Of a DNA stretch of 64,000 nucleotides, positions 37,350 to 47,536 are shown in pieces; the first letter of the stretch is position 1, and every line of letters starts with the position of its first letter. The translations under genes were made by a program, and so were the position numbers. The notes under the pieces are model-generated. The model was not told the origin of the DNA. It searched no databases and saw nothing but the letters and a program-made list of their open reading frames with translations. The stretch is from an uncultured Gammaproteobacteria bacterium (lineage in GTDB: Bacteria > Patescibacteriota > Microgenomatia > UBA8517). Location: assembly GCA_964599625.1 (NCBI GenBank), contig CAZRGC010000001.1, positions 115,019 through 179,018 on the forward strand, written 5' to 3'.

Positions 37350-39017
37350 ATGAAAATAATGAAGATTTCGGAACCCAAAAAAGTTTGGTCAATGCTGTTC
37401 ATTATTGCTCTTATTGCATTTACGGTTAGGTTTGTGGCGATATCCTCATTCCCCCTTGGTTTTAATGCTGACGAAGCCTCATTCGGCTACGATGCCTATT
37501 CACTTGCAACAACGGCAAAAGACCAGTGGGGGAACTTTCTGCCATTCACTCTCAAATCATTCGGCGATTACAAATCCCCGCTCTATTCCTATTTAGCTAT
37601 TCCATTTATTTATTTATTTGGACTAAACATAGCAAGCGTGAGAGTTGTTAGTGTGTTTGTGGGGGTCTTGTCGGTTCTAGCATCATATCTTTTATTTACC
37701 AAAATATTGCCGGGACGCACAAAAGAAGCACTACTGGTAGCACTTTTAGTGGCATTAAACCCGTGGTCTGTGATGATGGGAAGGGGTGCTTTTGAATTTA
37801 ACCTGTTAACTGCCACAATACCTTTAGCGATTTATTTTTTCTTAAAAGGGCAAGAAAAACCAAGCGCATATACACTTTCTGCAATATTTTTTGGTATCAG
37901 TCTGTTGACTTATCACTCGGCAAAAGTAATTGTTCCCGCACTTATCGTTGTTTTGTGTTTTATTTATAGAAAAAGATTCAACAAAAAGTTTGCAAATTCT
38001 TTGCTTCCTTTGACTGTCTTTTCGGTTTTTGCAGGAGCAACTATTTACGCTTTGGTTATTGGTGGCGGATCGAGAATTTCCGAAAGAAGTATTACCCAGG
38101 GTGCCTTGGAAGAGGGAGCAAAAGCCAAGATAGAACTAATTCAGCACGGAACAAATCCCAGCATCGCCAAATTTTTACACAATAAATACCAGGTTGTTTT
38201 GACAAGATTTATCAATAACTACCTGCAATATTTTTCTCCCAGGTTTTTAGTGACTCAAGGGGCTGGGGAATCTTATTATGGAATGATTCCCGGGATAGGA
38301 GTTCTTGGGATTTTAGAAATTGTTCTTTTGGTGTTTTCGTTGTTTTTCTTTATCAAAAAGCCATTAACCAAAGAGTCGCTTCTTGTGGTTTTGTGGATTC
38401 TTGTGACACCCATTCCGTCCGCACTCTCAACAGGAGTGGGTTATGCCGGCAACAGGGCCTCCGGCATGATTCCGGTACTCCAAATAATAGAGGGTTTGGG
38501 TCTGGCCTATCTATTAGACCTTGTTGGGCCAAAGAAACGAAAACTGGCAATAATTGTTTGGGTTGTAGCATTTGTTTTGGTCATTTTTTCTACGTGTGTT
38601 TTTGTTAAAAAATATTTCTTCGGTTCAAAAGGTGAACCCTACAAACAAATGCTATACGGCAATTTGGAAGTCTCTGAATGGTTGCTTAAAAACAAAGGCC
38701 CTCGGAAAGTTTTCATCAGCAGAAGCCTTAGCGAGCCTCAGATATTTTTGGCTTTTTCGGGAAGGTGGAATCCTTCAGATTATCAAACGTATGCAATTGG
38801 TTGGGACCTATCAGGGTCAAAAGTTTCTTGGGTTGATCAGATAGGCGAATACAACCTTGGTGAGTTCACAATAAAATCTATCGATTGGGAGCGGGAGGGT
38901 AAAACAAAAGGAAACGTGGTTGTATTTAGGGCATCAGAACTTCCAAAAGAAGTAACACCAGATAAAACCTTTTATTATCCAGACGGCAAACCAAATATAT
39001 ATGTCAAAGTTAATTAA
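37350..39017 (+). CDS. GT-C membrane glycosyltransferase, PMT/ArnT-like
   Basis: Loop motif FNADEASFGYDAYSLATTAKD. The ATG at 37350 (MKIMKIS...) is preferred over the track start at 37185. Confidence 0.75.
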   Translation: MKIMKISEPKKVWSMLFIIALIAFTVRFVAISSFPLGFNADEASFGYDAYSLATTAKDQWGNFLPFTLKSFGDYKSPLYSYLAIPFIYLFGLNIASVRVVSVFVGVLSVLASYLLFTKILPGRTKEALLVALLVALNPWSVMMGRGAFEFNLLTATIPLAIYFFLKGQEKPSAYTLSAIFFGISLLTYHSAKVIVPALIVVLCFIYRKRFNKKFANSLLPLTVFSVFAGATIYALVIGGGSRISERSITQGALEEGAKAKIELIQHGTNPSIAKFLHNKYQVVLTRFINNYLQYFSPRFLVTQGAGESYYGMIPGIGVLGILEIVLLVFSLFFFIKKPLTKESLLVVLWILVTPIPSALSTGVGYAGNRASGMIPVLQIIEGLGLAYLLDLVGPKKRKLAIIVWVVAFVLVIFSTCVFVKKYFFGSKGEPYKQMLYGNLEVSEWLLKNKGPRKVFISRSLSEPQIFLAFSGRWNPSDYQTYAIGWDLSGSKVSWVDQIGEYNLGEFTIKSIDWEREGKTKGNVVVFRASELPKEVTPDKTFYYPDGKPNIYVKVN

Positions 39018-40671
39018 TTATTTAAAAAGAAATAAATATCTGGTTTTGATTACTCTGATAACGTTCCTGACTTTTTTCAGAATGATTCGGGTTGGGATGT
39101 TTTCAACTCAAGACTTTCATTTGTTCAGACTTTTTCAGTTTGACAAGTGTGTTCAAAGTTTTGAAATACCCTGCAGGTGGGCACCTGATGCAGGTCTGGG
39201 GTATGGTGAACCGGTTTTTAATTACTACGGCCAGCTGGTATATGCTTTTGGTGAGTTATTTAACATCTTGGGGTTTGGGGTTATCGGTTCAGTCAAGATA
39301 TTGTTTTCCATTTCTTTATTGGGGTCATCGGTCGCTATGTATTTTTTGTCAAAAAGAATATGGAACAACCATGTTGCAGGATTCTTGTCCGCGCTTTTGT
39401 ATGTGTTTGCTCCATACAGGGCAGTTGATGTTTGGGTCAGGGGAGCACTTCCCGAAGCGTTTGCTTTTTTAATAATACCCCTAATATTCATCGCGTTGGA
39501 AAAATACTTTGAGAAAGGTTCATCAAAAGAGATTGTTTTGGTTGGTGTTGTGGTCGCCCTTCTGGTTTTAACGCACAACCTCTCTGCTCTCCTGTTTTTA
39601 CCTGTTGTGGTGGGGTGGGTGGTTCTAAGGTCACCGAAATCAAATAAGTTCAGAGTCTTTTGGGGGTTACTTTTCTCTGCGTTGATTGCTTTGGGTGTTG
39701 CAGCTTTTTATATTTTACCTTTAGTGTACGAGTCTGGTTATGTAAACCTAAACTCTACCACTCAAGGATATTTCGACTTTCATAATCACTACACAACACT
39801 TAAACAACTGTTTGTCTCCAATTATTGGGGTTATGGTGCATCCAACTGGGGTGACGGCGACGGGTTGAGCATGGCTGTGGGTTATATACAATGGATTTTG
39901 GGTATTGGAACGGTTCTTCTTATGTTTTTAAGAAGCGTGCTTCACCGGAAAAAGCTTGAACCTGTTGTTTGGTTGCTTTTTGCCACAACGTTGGCTCTTT
40001 TATTTTTGACTCATAACAAATCAACTTTTGTATGGGAAAGTTTAGACTTTATGCGTTTTATTCAGTTTCCGTGGAGGTTTTTGGCACCCATAATTTTTTG
40101 CCTGTCGCTAATGTCGGGTTATCTTGGCAATTTTTTGAGTAATAAAAGATTTATTTTGATAGTTATTTCTGTTGTCACCGTGGTTTTAAATGCAGGCTTT
40201 TTCCGAGAGGACATATGGTACAAAGTTGATGATCAATATTATTTTTCAGGAGCGGAATGGTTAAGACAGAGAAGCGCTTCAATAGGAGACTATTGGCCGG
40301 TCTATGGCCCAATCCCTAAAGATCCGCCTGAAGCATATATAGGGAACTTCCTGCCGGATATTTCAAGAAGCAATCTCAAAGTGTTCAATAAGGTTGAAGT
40401 AACAGATTTGTCTTTGTACGGATCTCGGGTAACACTGCCTGTAGCTTACTTTCCGGGATGGACGGCGAAGGTTGACGGAAAGACTGTGGATGTAAAACCC
40501 GATAAAGAATCCGGTTTGGTGGCCCTTAATCTGTCTGAAGGTGTGCATAAGGTTGAGCTTAGGTTTACCAATACTCCAATTAGGTTTGTTGGGAATATAA
40601 TTAGTATACTGACTGTTTTTGGAGCTGTATTTATATGGATAAGAAAACCATTTTATTTTTGGCGGCAATAG
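39001..40671 (+). CDS. PTPS-related (PF10131-like) polytopic membrane protein, paralog of the 18983 gene
   Basis: FEIPCRWAPDAGLGYGEPVFNYYGQL and VFAPYRAVDVWVRGALPEAFAF are collinear with the 18983 protein. Confidence 0.65.
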   Translation: MSKLINYLKRNKYLVLITLITFLTFFRMIRVGMFSTQDFHLFRLFQFDKCVQSFEIPCRWAPDAGLGYGEPVFNYYGQLVYAFGELFNILGFGVIGSVKILFSISLLGSSVAMYFLSKRIWNNHVAGFLSALLYVFAPYRAVDVWVRGALPEAFAFLIIPLIFIALEKYFEKGSSKEIVLVGVVVALLVLTHNLSALLFLPVVVGWVVLRSPKSNKFRVFWGLLFSALIALGVAAFYILPLVYESGYVNLNSTTQGYFDFHNHYTTLKQLFVSNYWGYGASNWGDGDGLSMAVGYIQWILGIGTVLLMFLRSVLHRKKLEPVVWLLFATTLALLFLTHNKSTFVWESLDFMRFIQFPWRFLAPIIFCLSLMSGYLGNFLSNKRFILIVISVVTVVLNAGFFREDIWYKVDDQYYFSGAEWLRQRSASIGDYWPVYGPIPKDPPEAYIGNFLPDISRSNLKVFNKVEVTDLSLYGSRVTLPVAYFPGWTAKVDGKTVDVKPDKESGLVALNLSEGVHKVELRFTNTPIRFVGNIISILTVFGAVFIWIRKPFYFWRQ

Positions 40672-42326
40672 TTTTTTTTGGATTTTTATTGCGTTTTTTT
40701 GACCTAAACGCCACTCCCCCATCGCTAAATTGGGATGAGGTGAGTCATGGTTATAACGCCTATTCTGTCTTAAAGACCGGAAAAGATCAGTGGGGAACAA
40801 CTTTCCCAATATTTAACTTTAGGGCTTACGGAGACTATCCGACAACCCTCAATCTTTATCTGACAATACCCTTTATTTACGTTTTGGGATTAAGTGACAT
40901 TTCCATAAGACTCCCGCATGTTATTCTCGGAACTTTAACAATCATTTCCGGTTTTTTTGTTGCATATGGTTTAACAAAACGTAAAGACATTAGTCTATTT
41001 TCAGCCTTTTTAATATCAATCGGGCCGTGGTATATGTTTACTTCAAGATTTGTTCTTCAGTCCAATGTTTCCGTGTTTTTAATGTCAACTGCATTGGCAT
41101 TCTTTTTAAATAGAAAGGCGCACAGATTCTTTTTGGGTGCATCTGTCTTTTTTTTGTTTCTGTCGCTTTTTGCCTATCACACAACCAGGATTGTCACGCC
41201 GCTTTTGATTTTGGCGGCTCTTGTTATTTATTCCAGTGACATTGAGAGGCTTTACTTTAAAAGTAAAAAACAGGTCTTCGTTTTGTTATTGTCGGTTTTT
41301 GGTCTTTTTCTGGTTAGTGGACATCTTTTGGCCAACAAAGACGCTCGGGTAAGAAGTGAAGTTCTGTTTATTTTGGACAAAGGGGCAGTGAATAAAATCG
41401 AATCACAAAGAAATTCGTCATCACTTCCTGATTTTGCAAAAAAAATAATCTACAACAGACCCGTGTATTTCATATCTATTTTTGCAAAGAATTATGCAAG
41501 CTATTTCACGCCAAAATTCCTTTTTAGGGAAGGGGGCACCCAATACCAGTTCAGTTTGCCCGGTCACGGTTTAATACCGCCTGTTAACCTTTTGTTTTTT
41601 TATCTGGGTATTGTGCTTTTTGCTGTAAGAAGTGTTAACGACAAAAACTATCGACTTCTTGTTGCATGGCTGCTTCTTTATCCAATACCGGCAAGCCTCA
41701 CAAACGAAACAGGAGCGGTCCTTCGCGCAACAACACTGCTGCCTGTATCAGAAATACTGATAGCAACTACAATTTTTTGGATTTATGAAAAGGTCCCCTC
41801 CAAACTCAAAAAAGTATCGGCGTTGGTTTATTTTATTTTTATTTTCATTTTTATGGAAAGTTATTTAATAAGTTATTTCAACGAATACAGAACAAAGTAT
41901 TCCTGGAGCTGGCAATATGGTTACAAGCAAATATCGGAATACATAAAAGACAACATGGATAGCTACGACAAAATAGTAGTTACAAAAAAATACGGCGAAC
42001 CACACGAATTTTTGTTATTTTATCTCGGGTGGGACCCTGCAAGTTACCAGGGGGATAAAACCGCTACAAGATTTTACCAATCTGGTTGGTATTGGGTAGA
42101 CAGTTTCGATAAGTTTTATTTTGTTAACGACTGGCAAATTGTTGATGCAACAAAAAATAACACATATTTTATCCAGGAAAGTAAAAAAATGGTTGACTGT
42201 TCAGAAAGCAGGTGCCTACTGATCAGCTCACCAGGGAACGCTCCCCGAAGATGGTATAAAATCAAAACAGTTAATTTCCTTGACGGTAGTCCTGCTTTCG
42301 AAATATTTTCCAATCAAAAACAATGA
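40635..42326 (+). CDS. GT-C membrane glycosyltransferase, PMT/ArnT-like
   Basis: Loop motif LNWDEVSHGYNAYSVLKTGKD. Confidence 0.8.
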   Translation: MDKKTILFLAAIVFFGFLLRFFDLNATPPSLNWDEVSHGYNAYSVLKTGKDQWGTTFPIFNFRAYGDYPTTLNLYLTIPFIYVLGLSDISIRLPHVILGTLTIISGFFVAYGLTKRKDISLFSAFLISIGPWYMFTSRFVLQSNVSVFLMSTALAFFLNRKAHRFFLGASVFFLFLSLFAYHTTRIVTPLLILAALVIYSSDIERLYFKSKKQVFVLLLSVFGLFLVSGHLLANKDARVRSEVLFILDKGAVNKIESQRNSSSLPDFAKKIIYNRPVYFISIFAKNYASYFTPKFLFREGGTQYQFSLPGHGLIPPVNLLFFYLGIVLFAVRSVNDKNYRLLVAWLLLYPIPASLTNETGAVLRATTLLPVSEILIATTIFWIYEKVPSKLKKVSALVYFIFIFIFMESYLISYFNEYRTKYSWSWQYGYKQISEYIKDNMDSYDKIVVTKKYGEPHEFLLFYLGWDPASYQGDKTATRFYQSGWYWVDSFDKFYFVNDWQIVDATKNNTYFIQESKKMVDCSESRCLLISSPGNAPRRWYKIKTVNFLDGSPAFEIFSNQKQ

Positions 42327-43978
42327 CGATACTTAACAAGTCGATAAATCCAATACTTATTCTAATTTTGGTTTTTTCGTTTGTGCTCAGATTTTGGAAT
42401 CTTGGTTCAATTCCGGCTGGGCTAACCCCGGATGAAGCGGCTTTAGGCTACAACGCATATTCAATTTTGACTACAGGAAAAGACGAGTGGGGAGTACGAA
42501 CCCCCTTAATATTTAAGTCCTTTGGAGATTTCAAGCCGGGGTTTTATATATACACTTCAACTCCGTTCATTAAGTTGTTTGGACTTTCAGAATTTTCAAC
42601 CAGGGCTTCCTCTGCTGCCTCCGGGGTAATAACAGTATATGTTTTGTATCTGATTTCATTAAAACTGTTTGCCAACAAAAAACTATCAACTTTTGTATCT
42701 TTAGTAGCCGCATTGAACCCTTGGTTGATTTTTTTCTCAAGGGGGGCCTGGGAGGCCAACTTATCATTAATGTTTACATTGCTTGGTATTTATTTATTTT
42801 TGAAAATCCAAGAAAATGGGAAAAATATTATTTTTAGCGCAATATTTTTTGGACTAACACTCCTGACATACCAGGGCGCAAAATTGTCTACTCTTTTGGT
42901 GCTTTTGGTACTAACATTAATTAATCGCGATACAGTTTTAGGGGTAAAAAGAAAATATCTTGTCTCAGCTTTTGCAGTTGGATCATTTTTGGCGTTGCCT
43001 ATTTTATTGTCATTTTTCAAAGGGCAAACCTTTCGTTTAAATATTTACAGCATTTTTTCATATACACGCCCCGCACTAGAAATTCAGAACATAAAGACTC
43101 AGGAGAATAGCTTTAATGCAATGAATTTCTTTTTGTACCATAGCGAATCCTTAAACTACTTAAGAGCGATTTTAGGACGGTATTTTAATAATTTTTCACC
43201 AAGGTTCTTGTTTTTTGATGGGGACTGGGCAAATCCTATATCCACCTCCCCCTATCAAGGAGTTATGCTTGTTGGCGATTTGCTGTTCATTCCTTTAGGG
43301 TTTCTGTTTTTGTTTCAGAGACGCTTGAAAAAGGAACACTTGTTTATTTTGTTTTGGCTTATTGTGGCACCGTTAACTTCTGCGATTTCAAGAGATGAGC
43401 TCAATGCTGTGCGGGACCTTAATTTGGCGATTCCGCTCATTTTTATTTCATCTTTCGGGATATATTACACATCAACGTTACTTTTAAAAAGACACATGGG
43501 TTTTTTTGTAGTCGGATTGACCCTTTTAACGGGTTTTGTGTACTTTGCAGATTCCTATTTTGTGCACACCAACTCTCATAACTCAAATCATTGGCGATAT
43601 GGGTTTAGAGAATCTATGGAGTTTATCGAGCCGATTAAAGATCGATATGAAAAAGTGGTTTTTGAACAATCGTTCAATCAACCCTATATCTACAAACTTT
43701 TTTACGGAACCAAGGACCCTTTAGGTTTTCAAAACTCACAAAAACTAGTCGAGAGTGAATTCAAGGGAGATGTGGGTTATGTGGAATATCTCGACGGAAT
43801 ATATTTCCAGCATTTGGATTGGCAAGTGTTGAAGAAAACCTCAAGCACTCTGGTTGTTGCCCAACACACATCAGTACCGCCTGATATTTTTGCATACCCC
43901 GATAAATATGTTCTTTTAAATCAGATAAAATATCTAAATAAACGTGATATAGCGTTTGACATATTCGAAATCAAATGA
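42323..43978 (+). CDS. GT-C membrane glycosyltransferase, PMT/ArnT-like
   Basis: Loop motif LTPDEAALGYNAYSILTTGKD. ATGA overlaps on both sides. Confidence 0.8.
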   Translation: MTILNKSINPILILILVFSFVLRFWNLGSIPAGLTPDEAALGYNAYSILTTGKDEWGVRTPLIFKSFGDFKPGFYIYTSTPFIKLFGLSEFSTRASSAASGVITVYVLYLISLKLFANKKLSTFVSLVAALNPWLIFFSRGAWEANLSLMFTLLGIYLFLKIQENGKNIIFSAIFFGLTLLTYQGAKLSTLLVLLVLTLINRDTVLGVKRKYLVSAFAVGSFLALPILLSFFKGQTFRLNIYSIFSYTRPALEIQNIKTQENSFNAMNFFLYHSESLNYLRAILGRYFNNFSPRFLFFDGDWANPISTSPYQGVMLVGDLLFIPLGFLFLFQRRLKKEHLFILFWLIVAPLTSAISRDELNAVRDLNLAIPLIFISSFGIYYTSTLLLKRHMGFFVVGLTLLTGFVYFADSYFVHTNSHNSNHWRYGFRESMEFIEPIKDRYEKVVFEQSFNQPYIYKLFYGTKDPLGFQNSQKLVESEFKGDVGYVEYLDGIYFQHLDWQVLKKTSSTLVVAQHTSVPPDIFAYPDKYVLLNQIKYLNKRDIAFDIFEIK

Positions 43979-45618
43979 GAAGTTTAAATACAGCTCTGTT
44001 GGTATCAGTTATTGCTCTTGCGTTTCTACTAAGATTTTGGAATCTGTCGTCTTACCCCGCTTTTAATGCGGACGAGGCCGCGATTGGCTATAACGCCTTT
44101 TCGCTTATCCAAACTGGACTGGATGAACACGGACATCCATGGCCTATACATTTCCAATCGTTTAACGATTGGAAGCCGGGACTTTATTTTTATCTAGTAA
44201 TACCTTTTGTGAAATTTTTTGGCCTGACAGAGCTTTCTGTAAGATTACCCAATGCTATTCTTTCTGTGATAACTGTGTATTTTGTGTATTTGTTAGGTAA
44301 TTTGCTGTTTAAAGATTCCTCCATAAATGTGGGCAAAGAAAAAGTAAGTTTTGGAACTGTGGCGGCAATGCTACTTGCCATCTCTCCGTGGCATATACAT
44401 TTTTCCAGGGGTGGGTGGGAGGTAAATACAGCTACATTTTTTATGACAGGTGGTGTCTTGCTGCTTGTTGTTTGGCTAAAAAATGGTTTTAACACATTTC
44501 ATATTGTTTTGTCGGTGCTTTTATTAACACTTTCACTATATTCATACCATGCAGCCAGGGTTATCGTACCGCTTTTGGCATTGGCCATCCTTTTAATTTA
44601 TGCAAAGTCATTTTTCAAAGTTGAAAATTTAAGAAAAATGATAATCGCAGTTGTGTTTGGCGTGCTTATTGTTTTGCCGCTTTTAAAAGACTTAATAACA
44701 GGCGATGCCTTATCAAGAGCTGCGGGTGTTGGTCTTTTCGCAGACAAGGGTCCAATAAATAGAATCAACGAACAAAGGGGTGAGCACCCGGACTTGGGAT
44801 TTGTCTCAAAATTAACTCATAACAAACCTATTAACTACGCGTTGGCATTTATGAAAAATTGGACCCTGCATTATCAAGGGGAGTTTTTGTTTATGACTGG
44901 CGACTCGATTCAGCGGAACAAGGTGCCGGAAACCGGTGTAATGTATCTTTTCGATATTATTTTTCTGGCTGCAGGCTTTATTTATCTGGCGAAGACAAGA
45001 GGAGAAGGTAAAAAACTTATATGGTCGTGGGTTTTAGTTGCCCCCTTGGCAGCGGCATTGACTTTCCAGGCGCCACACGCTCTAAGGTCTGCAAACATGG
45101 CGGTTCCACTCACTATTGTCTCTGCATTGGGCCTCTCATATATCTGGAGTCTGATTGGACCCCGTAAATTTACAATATTGGGTGTGTTTATGATCTGGTG
45201 TTTTCTGAGATATTTGCACATGTATTATGTACACATGGCTAAAGAATACCCATTCTCTTCTCAATATGGCGTCAAAGAGCTGGTTGAGTTTATTTCCTCG
45301 AGTCAGGATAAATATAAAAGCATTGTTGTTTCAGATAAATATGATCAGCCATACATTCTGTTCCTTTTTTATCTGAAATATCCACCGTTGGAATTTCAGG
45401 GTAATCACAGTCTTACAACAAGGGATGACTTTGGTTTTTCAACTGTCAGAGAATTTGGAAAATACTATTTTGAAAATCTTGATTTCGAGGCACTTAAAAA
45501 TACATACCCCAACAGTTTAATTGCAGGGGCCCCAGATGAGATACCAAAAGAGGCCAATGTTATAAAGAGAATCTATGGAACCAACGGCTATTTGTACTTT
45601 AATGTTGTTGCAAATTGA
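43975..45618 (+). CDS. GT-C membrane glycosyltransferase, PMT/ArnT-like
   Basis: Loop motif FNADEAAIGYNAFSLIQTGLDEHG. Confidence 0.8.
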   Translation: MRSLNTALLVSVIALAFLLRFWNLSSYPAFNADEAAIGYNAFSLIQTGLDEHGHPWPIHFQSFNDWKPGLYFYLVIPFVKFFGLTELSVRLPNAILSVITVYFVYLLGNLLFKDSSINVGKEKVSFGTVAAMLLAISPWHIHFSRGGWEVNTATFFMTGGVLLLVVWLKNGFNTFHIVLSVLLLTLSLYSYHAARVIVPLLALAILLIYAKSFFKVENLRKMIIAVVFGVLIVLPLLKDLITGDALSRAAGVGLFADKGPINRINEQRGEHPDLGFVSKLTHNKPINYALAFMKNWTLHYQGEFLFMTGDSIQRNKVPETGVMYLFDIIFLAAGFIYLAKTRGEGKKLIWSWVLVAPLAAALTFQAPHALRSANMAVPLTIVSALGLSYIWSLIGPRKFTILGVFMIWCFLRYLHMYYVHMAKEYPFSSQYGVKELVEFISSSQDKYKSIVVSDKYDQPYILFLFYLKYPPLEFQGNHSLTTRDDFGFSTVREFGKYYFENLDFEALKNTYPNSLIAGAPDEIPKEANVIKRIYGTNGYLYFNVVAN

Positions 45619-45619
45619 T

Positions 45620-46492
45620 ATGAACAATCTATTGTCTGTTGTTGTCGCTACCAGAAACGAGTCGGAAAACATAGAGCGATGTTTAAGATCTGTTTTGAAT
45701 ATAGCTGACGAAATTATTGTTTTTGACGAGTATTCCGATGACAAAACAAGAGAAATTGCAAAGAAGTTAGGAGCCAAGGTTTTTCTGGAAAGGCATCATG
45801 ATATTTTCCATATCACAAAGCAAAAAGCTTTAAAAAAAGCAAAGTGCAAATGGGTACTTCAACTTGATGCGGATGAGGTTGTTACCCCCGAACTTGGGGA
45901 GGAAATTACAAAGATCATAAATATGAAAGATTCAGACATGGATTCAAGAAAAATTTCAGATTCGAAAAAGGCTAAACTTTTTGAGAATCACACAAAAATA
46001 CTGGTTAATAGAGACGGTAAGGTCGGCAAAACTGAAGGACCGGTCTCAGGTTTTTTTGTTGCCCGAAAAAATATATTTTTGGGAAAACCCCTGATACATG
46101 CTGGAGTTTATCCTGACGGGGTTATACGGCTTGTAAGAAACGGATTCGCGAGTTTTCCTCAGAAAAGCGTACATGAACAAATTCAAATTGAAGGCCGTGT
46201 ATCTTGGCTTGAAAACGACTTGGAGCACTACGACTCACCAACGTTTTCGCGATATTTAGACAGAGCAAACAGGTACACAGACCTGACGGCTGCGGAATTT
46301 CTGAACAAGAATGTGTCTAGGGGTTTTTTGACTTTCACATACTATGTTTTTTTTAAGCCCTTTTTGGTCTTTGTAAGTTTGTTTTTTGTTCATAAGGGTA
46401 TTTTTGATGGCGCACAAGGTTTTATTTGGAGTTTTTTTTCCGCCTTGCATTACCCGTTAGCTTACTCAAAATACCTAACAAACTCAAAATAA
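45620..46492 (+). CDS. GT2 glycosyltransferase (KdtX/WaaE-like; paralog of the 26065 gene)
   Basis: LSVVVATRNE, FDEYSDDKT, LQLDADE and GVYPDGVIRL motifs. ATG at 45620. Confidence 0.75.
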   Translation: MNNLLSVVVATRNESENIERCLRSVLNIADEIIVFDEYSDDKTREIAKKLGAKVFLERHHDIFHITKQKALKKAKCKWVLQLDADEVVTPELGEEITKIINMKDSDMDSRKISDSKKAKLFENHTKILVNRDGKVGKTEGPVSGFFVARKNIFLGKPLIHAGVYPDGVIRLVRNGFASFPQKSVHEQIQIEGRVSWLENDLEHYDSPTFSRYLDRANRYTDLTAAEFLNKNVSRGFLTFTYYVFFKPFLVFVSLFFVHKGIFDGAQGFIWSFFSALHYPLAYSKYLTNSK

Positions 46493-47536
46493 ATGTTAAT
46501 AAATGGCATTGAATATAAGGTTGCGCTGGATTCGGGACCCCTGAGGTCTGGTGATTCTATACGTGGAATAGGTTTTTATACTGATCAGATTTCAAGGAAC
46601 CTTGATGTTGAAGCTGTGGATTTTTCAGAAAAAAAACTTTCAAACTACAATCTAATACACTTTACCAGATTCAACCCGTTTATAAGGTCGCTGCCATTTG
46701 TTAAACCCGGTAATACAAAATTTGTTCTTACTGTTTACGATCTTATTCCGCTTATTTACCCCAGTGTTTACAAACCGGGTATGAAAGGAATGCTTAATTG
46801 GAATTTGAACAAAATTTTAATTAATAAATACTGTGATTCAGTGATTACAATTTCCGAAACTTCAAAAAAAGATATTTGTAGGTTTACGGGAATTGACCCC
46901 CAAAAGGTAACTGTGACTTACTTGGCGCCCAGAAAGAACTTCAAAAAGACAATGCTTGGCTCAAAATCTGCTGCGCATTTAAGAGAAAAATACGGATTGC
47001 CACAAAAATTTGTGCTTTATGTTGGTGATATAAATTACAACAAAAACATACCCACACTTGTGAAAGCTTGTAAAAAGGTTGGGGTTCCGCTTGTTGCTGT
47101 GGGTAAACAGGCACCTCTTGTAAATGAAATGCAACTCGATCACGCCGAGCTTCAACACCTTAAAAATATAGATTGGACAAATGTCACCAGACTTGGCTTT
47201 GTTAACGACACAGATCTTAACGCTTTGTATAATCTCGCCCATTGCTACGTTCAACCTTCTTATTATGAAGGATTCGGCCTCCCGGTCTTGGAAGCTTTTG
47301 CGGCAGGATGTCCGGTTGTGTGCAGCAAGACACAGGCTCTTGTTGAGATTTCAGGCGGTGCTTGTTTGTTTTCAGAAACAAACGACTATTTAGATTTTTC
47401 CAGAAATATTCGATTATTGGACGACTTATCAGTAAGAAAAAGGGTGTCAAGTGGCCAAATGGAATGGGTTAAAGGCTTTACTTGGAATAGAACCGCATAT
47501 GAAACGAAAGAAGTTTACAAAAAAATATTGGTTTAA
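46493..47536 (+). CDS. GT4 (GT-B fold) glycosyltransferase
   Basis: EGFGLPVLEAFAAGCPVV motif. Confidence 0.8.
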   Translation: MLINGIEYKVALDSGPLRSGDSIRGIGFYTDQISRNLDVEAVDFSEKKLSNYNLIHFTRFNPFIRSLPFVKPGNTKFVLTVYDLIPLIYPSVYKPGMKGMLNWNLNKILINKYCDSVITISETSKKDICRFTGIDPQKVTVTYLAPRKNFKKTMLGSKSAAHLREKYGLPQKFVLYVGDINYNKNIPTLVKACKKVGVPLVAVGKQAPLVNEMQLDHAELQHLKNIDWTNVTRLGFVNDTDLNALYNLAHCYVQPSYYEGFGLPVLEAFAAGCPVVCSKTQALVEISGGACLFSETNDYLDFSRNIRLLDDLSVRKRVSSGQMEWVKGFTWNRTAYETKEVYKKILV

